A stretch of DNA of 64,000 nucleotides from Octopus sinensis (Eukaryota). A model generated the notes under the pieces. The model searched no databases and was not told the DNA's origin. It saw only the letters and a list, made by a program, of their open reading frames with translations. The stretch lies in the NCBI RefSeq assembly GCF_006345805.1, contig NC_043003.1:113460001-113524000 (forward strand). The letters run 5' to 3'. This document shows positions 24,819 to 36,413 of this stretch, piece by piece; the first letter of the stretch is position 1, and the number at the start of each line of letters is the position of its first letter. A program made the position numbers and the translations under genes.

Positions 24819-25864
24819 TTAAGGGTGCATATGAATAGATTGTTCAGTTAATACTCATCAGTGAATCCGGTAGAGACACTCTACTTCAAGTCATATTCCA
24901 TCTTCTCCCAACATACCACTTAAAGTCCTTATTTTCTTTCCTATCCCCTCTTCCAGCGGTGGAGGCCCTTTGACTCTGTTACTTACACAGTGACTTCACC
25001 AGAGCTGGTTGTAGGAAAAAGTGTTCACTACATTTAGTAAGAATGTTGGTGAATCAGGCAGAAATAATGCAGTTTTCAAGATGACTCCTCAGTCTTGTCA
25101 AGCACAAGACAACTTCTATGGTGCCGGACACCTGGTATACTCTAAAGCGGTTGGCATTAGGAAGGGCATCTAGTCATAGAAGGGAAGCCAAAATTGAGAT
25201 ACTGGAGTAAGATGTGGTCTTCCAACTGTATAACCCATGACCCCTACCAGAAAAGAAAACAGATTCAAAGTGATGATCACACACACACACACACACACAC
25301 ATGAAATATTAATGAGCAACTCAGAAAGTTAATAACTAAGGTTGAAAAGATTCCAAAATTGTATAAGGTGCTTTGTAAAGAAGATTCAGGGCAGGGGCTA
25401 CAAAGAGAAAGCAATTTTTGTTAAGAGAACATTGACTGGGGAAAGGCCCTCTTTCAGCTTTCACAAAATATGGCAGGGAAATTTACGGTGATTCAGGAGT
25501 AATTCTATTATAGTGCATCTGATTTGGTGGGGAACTTTTGGATAAACTTTGGAGTGTTATAAGGGTTCACATTATACATGCATATGATTTTTCCACACTG
25601 TATTCAAATTTAGAAATGAGAAAAGTGAAAGAATAGATATCTAAAACTATAGATATGAGTATATGGGAAAAAAAGTTTCATGAAGAAGAGTAAAGACCTC
25701 TCCTGGGTAAATTCTAAAGGTAATATTAGATGGACAAATGTGAATGTGAAAAAGATGATTTAAAGTCACAGATAAGGCTTTTAAGCAAGTCAAAGGCATT
25801 CCTGTGGGTGGTAAATGTAACCCCTTATTATCTGATTTATATTATCCTGCAAAGTCAATAAGTT

Positions 25865-26250
25865 CAGAGGCAGGTATGGCTGGTAAGAAGCTTGCATCCT
25901 GACCACATGGTTCTGGGCTCCCTTCAACTATATGGAACCTTGGGAAAGTCTCTACTATAGCCTCAGGCTGAACAAAGCCTTGTGAGTGCATCTGACTGAT
26001 GGAAACTGAAAGAAGCCTATCGTATATATGTGTGTGTGTGTGTCTGTAGGCATGTGTCTTTGAGTCTGTGCTTGTCCCCCCATCACTGCTTGACATTTGG
26101 TGATGGTGTTTTTATGTTCCCATAACTTAGCAGTTTGACAAAATAGACTAATACTAGGCTTAAGAAATAAGTCCTGGGGTCAATTTATTCGACTAAAACC
26201 CTTCAAGGTGGTGCTCCAGTATGGCTGCAGTCAAAATACTGAAACAAGTA
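25865..26250 (+). mobile_element. Family A1 SINE
   Basis: Head ggctggtaagaagcttgc..ccacatggttctggg, CORE-like cttgggaaagtctctactatagcc, tail ggtggtgctccagtatggctgcagtcaaaatactgaaacaagta. Confidence 0.8.
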
Positions 26251-27399
26251 GAAGAATAAAACAATAAATCATTAAGGACTTGAATTGTTGCTGGGGAAAA
26301 CTTTTGTTTTATTGGAAGAATACAGGATTATTTCGAGCGTCCAATAAAAACGTTTAGATTGCTGAGTAGTATTTAATATATTGGTTAAACTCTTCAAACA
26401 ATGTTTATCACCAGGAAATGTTAGTTGCAAGTGGAAATCTTCCAAAGTTTAGACTCATTAATGGTTTCTATGTTGTTTGCCATTATCTAAGTTTCTCTTT
26501 TAGTTCCACTTGATCTTTAGATCTACATTGTTTAAAAGAGAGGTCAGCAACTGTACTGGTCTCCCTTCTGCATGTAATACATGTATTAAGCTGGCTGGTC
26601 TAATTGTGTCTAATAGAATTTTCTTTACATTAATTATAATTTTAATTTGTTCACTGATTCAACATTTAATTAAAATTACTTTCATGTCTGTTTTTCATTT
26701 TCTTTCTATTGAATAGTCAATATTAGATCAGTCTGAAGAGCACTGCAAAATTTTTCCATTTTTGTTTTTTCTCCTTTCTAATTTCATTTAACACAGCAGA
26801 GCTTTAGGTTATAGCTTTTACAACTGGGTGATTATATATGCTTACTTAGTTGTTGGCTGGCAAAGGTATGCACTACTTCCCATGATGTGCAGTATCTATT
26901 TTATCAAAAGTCTGTGTGAGACTTTGTTGCTATGCCTAGTAATTCCCCAAACAATATTCAAGTAGATTGTGACATTGATGAAACTTGTGGATTCAATGAT
27001 GTTCATTAGTAATAATTAATTATGGGATTTCTTTGTTGTTATTGATATTTCTGTAGCTGCTACTATGCTTTGGCTTTTGTATATCCACATTGGTTTTTTT
27101 TTTTGGTTTTTTTTTTACATAATTTTATGTTCTTCATTTTTATGATAGGGTTCTTCCAATATCTGCTAAAGGTCTGGGTTTAGCTTTGTTACCAATATCT
27201 TTTATTACATTTTAGGGTTAAGAGATTATAAAGGTCAAATAGCTAATTGGATCTAGACAAAGGTCACAAAGTTTGTTATTGATGTAAGTTCATCAGGTCC
27301 TTCACTGGTCACTGGATTAATTCACTAGGTTTCACTGTATGTTGGGATTTCATATATCTGATATTGTGTGTGTGTGTGTAAATATATATCATCATCATC

Positions 27400-27800
27400 A
27401 TCAACATCATTGAGTCACCTCTACTCAAGCATTTCCTTTTCATCTCACTAGACCTACATTAATGGTTGCAGTTCCGACACTTTTTACCTGATACAAGTAA
27501 ACTATTCCTCATGGTGGGAGGGTTGATGCTTGAAGCATCTTTCTTGCTCCTGAAAGGGCATGGGTAATTGTTTGATGTCATTTGAGGGCTTCTTATAAAC
27601 AGATGCTTCCATTTAGACACTCCACTATCATGTACCACCACTAGCACACCAAGTGTTAGTCTGCTGTACACAATCAAGGTTTATTGTTGAGTTACAGCAT
27701 TGCAGGATTTTGTTTAACATGCTGGATGTCCTTCCTATCACCAACCACTTTGCAGTGTGGGTCCATACTTTTTGTGGGGCTATCACAAGTACTATAGAGG
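27400..27800 (-). mobile_element. Diverged element ending in an RTE-type tail
   Basis: Minus strand gtggttggtgataggaaggacatccagc leading to a (GAT)n tail (catcatcatc at about 27390 on +). Confidence 0.45.
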
Positions 27801-30369
27801 TTATCATCAATGGCTAATAAGTCATTTTCACAGTTTTTATTCAGAGTGGTTGCTCTTGCAGACAGGGTGCAAATCCCATGTCCACCTTGTGAAAATAGTT
27901 TCATAGGGATTTCTACTCTCCTAGATAGGTTGCTAGGGCCAGGAGGAGAGATGAGAAGGAGGGAAGAACATATCAGGAAGAGATGAGTTAATGAACAAAT
28001 CATATGGAAGAGACGACAAAGGGAGGAAGTGGGAGTGGTGAGGCATAGTAACAGTGAAAGTAGGACTGACAGAATTGGTCAGGTGTTCTTGAGGTATGAA
28101 GAGAGAACTAAGTGGAGAGAAACAGTCGTATGAAATAAGGGCTGGGGGGGAGGGGAGTATGTGCCCCACTGACCTAAGAAAGTAATTGGTAGGGGATGAA
28201 TAATGCCATGCTCCTCATACCTTGACAGAAAGGGGTGTGACTAGCTATAGGGTCCATGTAGGCACAATTTAGTTGCTAAAGGAGTACATCCAAACCTTCT
28301 TATAGATGATAGCCAGTCTTACAGATATCTGATGGTGGGTGCCTAGTTGGGAGGATATTGGTATCCCCTAAAACCGTTTCTTTTCAGACTTATTGAAACA
28401 TACATACAAAGGCCTGAAAATGACAGACTTCATTGTAAAAGTCTGCCAACCTGTCTCCTGTAAGATGTCAGTATTTGTGCAAATATCCTCACAGAATGCT
28501 TGAAAATATTTCCAGCATATTCCATAGCAAATTGTGTAGAACTAAGTTATTCATGATAATTATAATTACTTCAAAAGAGAAAGCAAGGAAATTCAATTTG
28601 TCATACATAAATAGATACATAAATAATATATAAATAATAGATAAAATATATAAATAATAAATATATATATATATATATATATAATGGTTAAGCATACAGA
28701 ATACTGGTTCCAATCTCTTTAATAATTTCAGTGATTGGTTTAATTAACATAAGCACTTATTCAATATTGTTTAAAGTTAATTAAAAATTGTTATCTAAAA
28801 AACAAAACCCTTTCTAAGTGTGACTATGACAACATTAAAAAAAAAAATACTTAAAGGAAGAAATCCTTAGAAAGGATGTTCAATGGATTTACCTATAAAA
28901 AAATGATGAGATTATGAGATATGAGTTATGACTTGTGACATAGGTGTTATGGCATTCTGGAACAGAAAAGCTAGGATCAAATCACATAAAAATAAGTAAA
29001 GGAAGATGACAGTAAATGTTACATGAATCAACAAGAAACTGTAAATGTGTGATGGAAATACTTGTGTGGTTGTTATGGGTTTCCACTGCAAATATGTAGT
29101 TTCAACGACATAACAAAGACAATGATATCATTTTAACCAAACATATTTCTTGGATACCCCAAAAGCTCTGATAGACTCCAAAAATTGAATAAGGATCAGC
29201 GTAGAGTGAAATTATTGTTTGCCATTTGCAACTTATTAGCAGTGGAGGTCTTAGGAAGGAAAGTGAGGTGAAGGAAACCCTGATCTAATACATTCTATTA
29301 CTATTGTTTTGATGTCAAATATCAAGGGACCTCTTAGACGGAGATGATGCAGAGAACCTAAGCTAAAAAGAAGATCCTAATTTAAATAAAATTGCAAATA
29401 ATTATTAATTCATAATATTAAAAAGAAGGTTTCTCCATAAAATGATACCAGGAATTACTACCTAACTACATAGGAAAACCTGATGTTTTCAGTGGACAGG
29501 AAAACTGAACTGGCAGCTGACATGAATTCACAAAGAAAATTGTGTTTTAGGAATGATACATTCGTTGTTATATGAGATATATACACAGCAATTTCTTTTT
29601 ACAATATTTGCGTTAATTTAAACATAAAACTGACAGGAGGCAAATACCACTTTTAGGCCATGTATCTTAACAACCAGAGTAACAATTTCATTACAGAATG
29701 GATTTGGGTGTTATTAAATATCAGAATACAATGAGTGTTTAGTGTCACTTGGAAATATTGAGACATTTTGTAATTCTTTAATGAACCCCACATGACTATT
29801 TAAATCAGAATAACAAAAGCTAGCTAGAAAGAATTTATTGGATAGCAAACATAGAGGGAGTGAATTGGTTTGATAACCCGATTCTAAATCTAACAAATAT
29901 TGAACAACTGTGATTGATTAAAATCTCAAAAAAGGAAACAAAACATTCCAAAACTTTGAAAGCATAAAATCCTCTTGAAAGATGCAGTTGGCTTGCTCAA
30001 GCCATTTTTAAGAATAACAACATTGATACCTGTTCATTTTCATGTTTACATTCTCAATTAAGATTTATTGCAAATGGTTTGTTTACTAAATATGTCATTA
30101 GAATCACCAAAAGTCAAATTCTGCCACAGGGTAGAGAGAGAGGGAGAGAGAGAGTGTGTGTGTGTGTGTGTGCATGAATGAGCAAAGCAAAGAAATAAAA
30201 GCATTATTTGCCCTTCACACCTCAATTTTAATATATCAACAAGAAGTTTACAAAATGTCATTTTTGAGAGCTTCAAGCAAATCTTTAGATCTTCCTAAGC
30301 AAACTCACATGTGATGAGAGTGTGTGCATGTGCATGTGTGTGTGTGTATACGTATATATCTATGTGTGT

Positions 30370-30580
30370 GTGCTTTTGTGTTCATGTTTGTCCCCCCTCA
30401 CCACTTCACAACTGGTGTTGGTATATTTATGTCCTCATAACATAACAGTTCAGCAAAAGAGACTGATAGCTTAAGTACTAGGCATAAAAAGTTCTCTGGT
30501 CGATTCGTTTGACTAAAACCCTTCAAGGTGGTGCACCAGCAAGGCTGCAGTCAAATGACCGACACAAGTAAAAGAATATG
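30370..30580 (+). mobile_element. Family A1 SINE 3' half
   Basis: gtttgtcccccc..ggtggtgcaccagcaaggctgcagtcaaatgaccgacacaagtaaaaga. Confidence 0.75.
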
Positions 30581-30672
30581 AGTTTGTGTGTGTGTGTATA
30601 CACATAAAAACATATATGCATATGAAAAAATGAATGTACAGCCATTTGCATATATGAAAGCTAAGAATTTAC

Positions 30673-30732
30673 TGAGCCCCTGGATAGGATGATGTGCCAT
30701 CACAAGAAGTCAGATTTTCAGATCTGCTAGAA
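30673..30732 (-). CDS. Candidate 60-nt exon (phase 2-2)
   Basis: Acceptor tttctttctcatattctcag|, donor TCA|GTAAAT; the only open frame reads SSRSENLTSCDGTSSYPGA. No homology recognised. Confidence 0.2.
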
Positions 30733-30847
30733 CTGAGAATATGAGAAAGAAATTCACACTGGATAAGAACACAAAAGAGATGAACTGTCAATATGCATGA
30801 CGGCATATCCACTTGGTTATTTACTCTATAGGCTCCGATATATACAA

Positions 30848-31053
30848 TTGCAGCATGGAAGATGTTTGTAAGCCGTTTAAGAACACACATAGACCATTAG
30901 TTTCACTTTGAACTGCACAAAGTTTTGTCAGTGAACAGGTTGTGGTTTCAAAGTGACAAAAATATTTTGACACAAATTAAATTTGAATGTTGATGTGAAA
31001 CTAATGGCTTTTGTGTGTTCTTAAATGGCTTACAGACATCTTCCATGCAGCAA
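30848..31053. mobile_element. MITE-like element with approximately 59-bp imperfect terminal inverted repeats
   Basis: 30848-30906 ttgcagcatggaagatgtttgtaagccgtttaagaacacacatagaccattagtttcac versus the reverse complement of 30995-31053, ttgctgcatggaagatgtctgtaagccatttaagaacacacaaaagccattagtttcac. Confidence 0.8.
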
Positions 31054-31200
31054 CTGTTTTTGTTTCAGTACATGATCTCAATCAAGTCACTTACTATGCA
31101 AGTACATTTCCATAACTCCAATATATATACTGGAGTAAACACATAAATGTGAAACAAGGTGGAAAAAAGAGTACTCAACTACCAGTGGTAGAGTAATATG

Positions 31201-31303
31201 CTTTATTTAAAGCAGCAGAAAATTCAACAAAAACTGTCCGATGAACGGCAATGGGAAACTCAGAGTAACAGGCTTTGTTGAATTTCTTCTGCTTTAAATA
31301 AAG
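31201..31303 (+). ncRNA. Degenerate minimal type-I hammerhead ribozyme-like fold at the apex of a long hairpin
   Basis: CTGT-CCGATGA-ACG GCAA TGG-GAAA-CTC A GAG-TA-ACAG: core with U4C, short stem II, palindromic stem III, GUA triplet and stem I extended by about 35-nt arms. Confidence 0.5.
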
Positions 31304-31305
31304 TG

Positions 31306-31366
<61 letters not shown>

Positions 31367-31979
31367 CGGTTATGAGAGGTAATGGTTTCAATAAGACCCA
31401 AAGGTGTCAGGTAATGCTGAGAAAGTACTATGGACAGACCATATTTAAGCTCCAGGTTCAGTGATTATGCGAAGGAGGGGTCCAACGTAGGTCATATATC
31501 AGCATGTGTATATATAAAAAATTAACCTTCTCTTTACAAATGTTCTGAAATCTTTCACAGCCTTGGATCTTTATCTCATTCTGTTAATTTTATATATATA
31601 CATATATAGGCTGCATTTGCGAATTAACAAGGCAGCCAATGGTTTCATGTATAGAAGATCTGAACAATTGTTCTCAAGTGATCCACTTGGGAATGTTGGT
31701 AATCATCTCTGTTTCGGAGGAGACTAAATGTGTTTCATTTGTAAGTTCATTGGATAATTTGTGAGTTCATATACAGATATTGTTGTAAATTGTATGGTGT
31801 CTATATATGTTATGCATATGTATTTAAATAATGAAGAAGTGCTGTATGAGTTCCTTGTGATATAGGTCTGCAATGCATATTGTATGTATAATTAAAAATG
31901 TTTAATTTCAACCCTAGATCCAACTGTTTCCAACATAAGTTACATGTATTCTTTGAATTTTTTTAATAACTCTCCAAGC

Positions 31980-32440
31980 ACAGTAATAAAATCAGATAAA
32001 ACAAACAGTACACATGATGAAGATAATTGCACACACAATAAATTGCAAATTGATAACATAACTAAAACATTAAAAACAAAACAAAAAAACTCTATGACTT
32101 ATGATTTAATCAACAATGAGGCAAAAACATTTTTGGCCATGGATTTTACATCAAAGATAGGGCAGAACGACATATCTCATGAAGACCTTAAGTGACCCTT
32201 AAGGATCATAAAGATAATTTCATGCAAAATCCTATCTTACATTGATCAACTCTACAAAAAGGGAAATAGTTATGACTGGAAAATCTATACCAGATAATAT
32301 GATACAACACATCAGAACTCTTTGAAACCTTACTCCAAGGATATGTATCAGTGCAACCATTGAATGATTCCAGGAAATTAAAGATGCTACCAAATACAAA
32401 TTCATCCAGTTAGACATAACGATGCTTTACACCTTGTACT
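31980..32440 (+). pseudogene. Penelope-like retroelement RT N-terminal relic
   Basis: VIKSDKTN resembles VKADKT; VTLKDHKDNFMQNP resembles ITLKDHKENF.NNP.CRLINP; FQEIKDATKYKFIQLDITMLY resembles WF..I..K....FIQFDI..FYP. Frameshifts and stops are present. Confidence 0.7.
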
Positions 32441-32544
32441 TCAAAATTCAAAAGGCACTCAAGTTTACTGGAGTCACAAGCATCAAAATAACCATTCCAA
32501 TGAATGCTAGGAAGTCATTGCTTTTAGATGGTAATACCTGGAGA

Positions 32545-33415
32545 AACAACTATAAGTAGTTGATAGCTTCCATTACATAGGTGACGAAGACAGTAGTGGA
32601 GGCGGATGCTCCAAGAGCGTAGCTATGAGAATAAAAATAAGATGAGCCAAAGTTCAGAGTTCTCCTACCTCTATTAGTAACAAAGGGTCTCTCCCTGAGA
32701 GTGAAAGGCAGACTGTATGATGCCTGTGTTTGAACAGCCATGCTACATGGCAGTGAAACATGGGCTGTGATGACAGAGGACATGTATAGGCTTGCAAGAA
32801 ATGAAGCTACTATGCTTTGCTGGATGTGTAATGTCAGTGTACAAGCAGAATAAAGCGTAAACGTCCTGAGAGAAAATTTGTGCATGAGAGGCATCAGATG
32901 TGGTATGCAAGAGAGAGAACTGCTCTGGTATGGTCAGGTAATGCATATGGACAAGGACAGCTGTGTAAAGAAGTGTCGATCTCTAACAGTAAAGGGAACC
33001 TGCAGAAGAGGCAGATCCAGAAAGACATGAGATGAGGTGGGCATGTTGGGCCTCATGGAGGCAATGACAAGTGCCGTCTGACTGGCAGCCATGCTTATAG
33101 CATGTAAAAAGTACCATTCAAGCATTGGACCTCATGGAGGCAGTGATGGGTGACTGAGACCTTTTGCCGATATACCGTACTCGAGAAGACCTGTCGAGAC
33201 AAGTGGGATCGTATAGCCGTGGCTGAAGCTGGGGGTCACATCAATGGTACCCGTGCTGGTGGCATGTAAAAAGCACCTACTGTACTTTTGGAGTGCTTGG
33301 CATTAGGAAAGGCACCCAGCTGTAGAAACCATGCCAAATCAGAATGGAACCTGGTGCAGCTCCATGCCAGCACGGAAAGGGACGTTAAATGATGATGATG
33401 ACGATGATGATATAT
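32545..33415 (+). pseudogene. RTE-clade LINE, RT C-terminus plus 3' UTR
   Basis: Reads, with stops and shifts, DSFHYIGD..SSGGGCSKSV..LLPLLVTKGLSLRVKGRLYDACV.TAMLHGSETWAV..RLARNEATMLCWMCNV..WYGQVMHM..RRGRSRKT; followed by the family C tail and (GAT)n. Confidence 0.88.
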
Positions 33416-34228
33416 GGATATATCTAAAGTTAGAAAAGCAAATAAAAACCAGTTTCAATATATCCATCTTATCAAATATATTAAAAAGAATTTTTGTGAA
33501 ATTCAAAAAGAAAAAAATTAGGGGTTAATGCACACCACAATAACACATGCAGACAAAACATTCTCATAAAACCAAAATCACACAACATAAACCCACACAC
33601 CACAAATTCTAGAACATTTCCAAAAAACAAAACAAAACCACACACATACCTACACACATTCACCACTACAAATATACACACACATTCAGACAAAACAACA
33701 CACACACACACACACCAAGCTCTTTAACAAATTTATACCACAGCTAAATATCTAAACACCCACTATCAATCAACAAATAAGGATCTGTTACACACACATA
33801 CAAAACAACACACACACGCACACGCACACACACAATCAGACAACAAAGTAAATGGAAAATAATTCCTCAGAAATTCTTCAAATGACCATCCTTAAAAAAC
33901 ACTTAACCACTAAACCATATTCTCTCAATAGAAAAAGAAAAACTGTTTTGACAATATATTCCACACACACACACACACACACACACAGCTGGCCACAATC
34001 TGAATAAAAGCTTCCTGTCCAGTTCAAAAGACTTCTTTTCAATAGAATTCCTGAAACTTGAACTCCCAAACCCCACCCCAAACCTACGTGGTAGAACATA
34101 TATATATATAAGAGAATGATTTTAAAGTGAGTTTCATTAAGAACTTAAAAGTGAGTACAAACTGCTAAACTCCACCAAAATTCTCTTCAGTGTTTGATAA
34201 GATGGATACATGGAAACTGGTTATATTC

Positions 34229-34257
<29 letters not shown>

Positions 34258-34262
<5 letters not shown>

Positions 34263-34420
34263 CAGGTTTCTTTCAGTTTCCATCTACCATATCCACTCAC
34301 AAGACTTAAGTTGTCCTGAGGCTATAGTAGTAGACATTTGCTCAACATGCCACACAGTGGGACTGAACCTGGAACCATGTGGTTAGGAAGCAAGCTATTT
34401 ACCACACAGCCACACCTGCA
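34258..34420 (-). mobile_element. Family A SINE head (5' half)
   Basis: gacaggtttctttcagtttccatctacc..cacacagtgggactgaacctggaaccatgtggttaggaagcaagctatttaccacacagccacacctgc. Confidence 0.8.
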
Positions 34421-35116
34421 CATTTGAAAACCCGCCCCTTGTTTCTCTTGCTGGTTGAGAAAGGATAACCTCATAGAAGGAGACAAAAACAAGCTTACAT
34501 AGTACAAATACCTTTACTACAGAATGAAACACATACACTGTTACAACAGGAAATAACAACAGCAACAACAAAATGATTTCTAACAATATATCAAGAGGCC
34601 AAAGCTTTCAGGGGATAGCAACAGGGAATTGAACGAATGGAAGTAAATTTGATTCAAGCGCATTACCTGTACCTATCTAATTGACTGAGGAGGATGAAAG
34701 ACACAAAGTTGAATGTGGTAGGATTGAAACTCAGCTTATAAATGGAAGTAGCTAAAGAGTACAAAACATTTAATCTGTCAAATGTAAAGCCTGTTTAATT
34801 ACATTGTTTTAAATTAATTGTACAGCATCTTGTAACTCTGAGATTTTGATGATGTTCCTGTTTATTTTTAGAATGACTTTGTAGGGTAGGTGTGAGAGGT
34901 CAGAGCTGGCTGGTTTAAGCATAAAACAAGAAGACAATTTTGGCCTGATATGACCGGTTTAAACATTAAAAGGTTAAATATTTCTCCTCCATTTTGCCAC
35001 TGCTCCTTTCAATTATATAAATATTTATAATAATAATAATGATAATAATAATAATAATAATAAAAATAATTATAATAATAATAATAATAATATAATAATA
35101 ATAATAATAATTATAA

Positions 35117-35170
<54 letters not shown>

Positions 35171-35172
35171 TC

Positions 35173-35201
<29 letters not shown>

Positions 35202-35204
<3 letters not shown>

Positions 35205-35537
35205 GAAGTGAGAAAACCAGATATAATTATAGAGAAGAAAACAAACAGTGTAAGATCATAGATTATGCGATACCATATGATATCGGAGTGGATGCTAAAG
35301 AAACTAAATTAATAGAGGATTATCAGGATCTAGCCAGAGAGAGATGAAGGGATTATGGAAAATTAAGAGAACAGTTATTTCTGTACTGATAGGTGTACTT
35401 GGCCCAACATCCAAAATGCTATGAATTGAGAAGTGCAGTGTTGACCTGCAGAATAGTGCCATCATCTATTCTGCAAGGTTCTTGGGATTTGGGGAGACTT
35501 GTCACCAAACCTCAAGATAATGTTTCTACACTAACGC
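35202..35537 (+). mobile_element. R4/Dong-like restriction-like endonuclease domain and 3' end embedded in (AAT)n
   Basis: With frameshifts reads RKPDII..KQCKIIDYAIPYDIGVDAKETKLIEDYQDLARE.MKGLWK..VISVLIGVLG..LQNSAIIYSAR, carrying the PD..D RLE motif; AAT tracts at 35030-35200 and 35538-35585. Confidence 0.8.
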
Positions 35538-35578
<41 letters not shown>

Positions 35579-35589
35579 CAACAATACTG

Positions 35590-35822
35590 GCTTCTGTGCC
35601 GGTGGCATGTAAAAAGCACCAATTGATCATGGCCGCTGCCAGCCTGCCCTGGCACGTAAAAAGCACCCACTACACTCACGGAGTGGTTGGCATTAGGAAG
35701 GGCATCCAGCTGTAGAAACACTGCCAGATTATACTGGAGCCTGGTGCAGCCTCCATGGCTTACCAGACCCCGGTCGAACCGCCCAACCCATGCTAGCATG
35801 GAAAACGGATGTTAAACGTTAA
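35590..35822 (+). mobile_element. RTE 3' UTR-type copy (family C)
   Basis: ggcatgtaaaaagcacc..ggttggcattaggaagggcatccagctgtagaaacactgccag..ccatgctagcatggaaaacggatgttaaac. Confidence 0.85.
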
Positions 35823-35861
35823 ATATTAATAATAATAAGAAGAAGAAATAATAATAATGGT

Positions 35862-36330
35862 TTCAAATTTTGCCCCAAAGGTAGCCATTTTGGGGGAAGT
35901 GTGGAGGAGTTGATTTTATCAACAGCAGTGTTCAACTGCTACTTGTTTTATTGACCCTCATAGGATGAAAGGCACAGTCAACCTTGGTAGAATTTGAACT
36001 CAGAACATAATGGCAGACAAAATACTGCTTAGCATTTTAGCCAGTATGCTAATGGTTCTGCCAGTTCACCACCTTCGAAATAAACTGTTCCTAGTAGTTA
36101 ACTGAAGAGGGAGAACTGTTATTTTTATCAATCACTGAAGCTGACCGGTATTTTAGTTTCTCAACCCCCCAAAACCAAAGAAAATGTGGAAGGCAAGAAA
36201 TTCAGTGGAAGAGATAAGGAGATGAAATCAATTTCATTGACCTCAGAGGGATGTAAGGCAAATTTAACCTTGGTGAGATTTGAACCTAAGTGCTGCAAGA
36301 AATACAGTAAGGAATTGTCACATTAAAGAT
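35862..36330 (-). mobile_element. Family B SINE (35862-36072) plus a second diverged fragment (about 36225-36330)
   Basis: ggatgaaaggcacagtcaaccttggtagaatttgaactcagaac..ctgccagttcaccacctt. Confidence 0.75.
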
Positions 36331-36368
36331 TCTACCATTTATCATCAGCCTATTATTATTATTATTAT

Positions 36369-36413
<45 letters not shown>

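Noticed and set aside
28375-28446. Plus-strand 72-nt exon-like segment (gtttcttttcag|...CCT|GTAAGA)
   Set aside because: Isolated, two frames are open, no homology, and it opposes the weak minus-strand signals; not supportable without RNA data.
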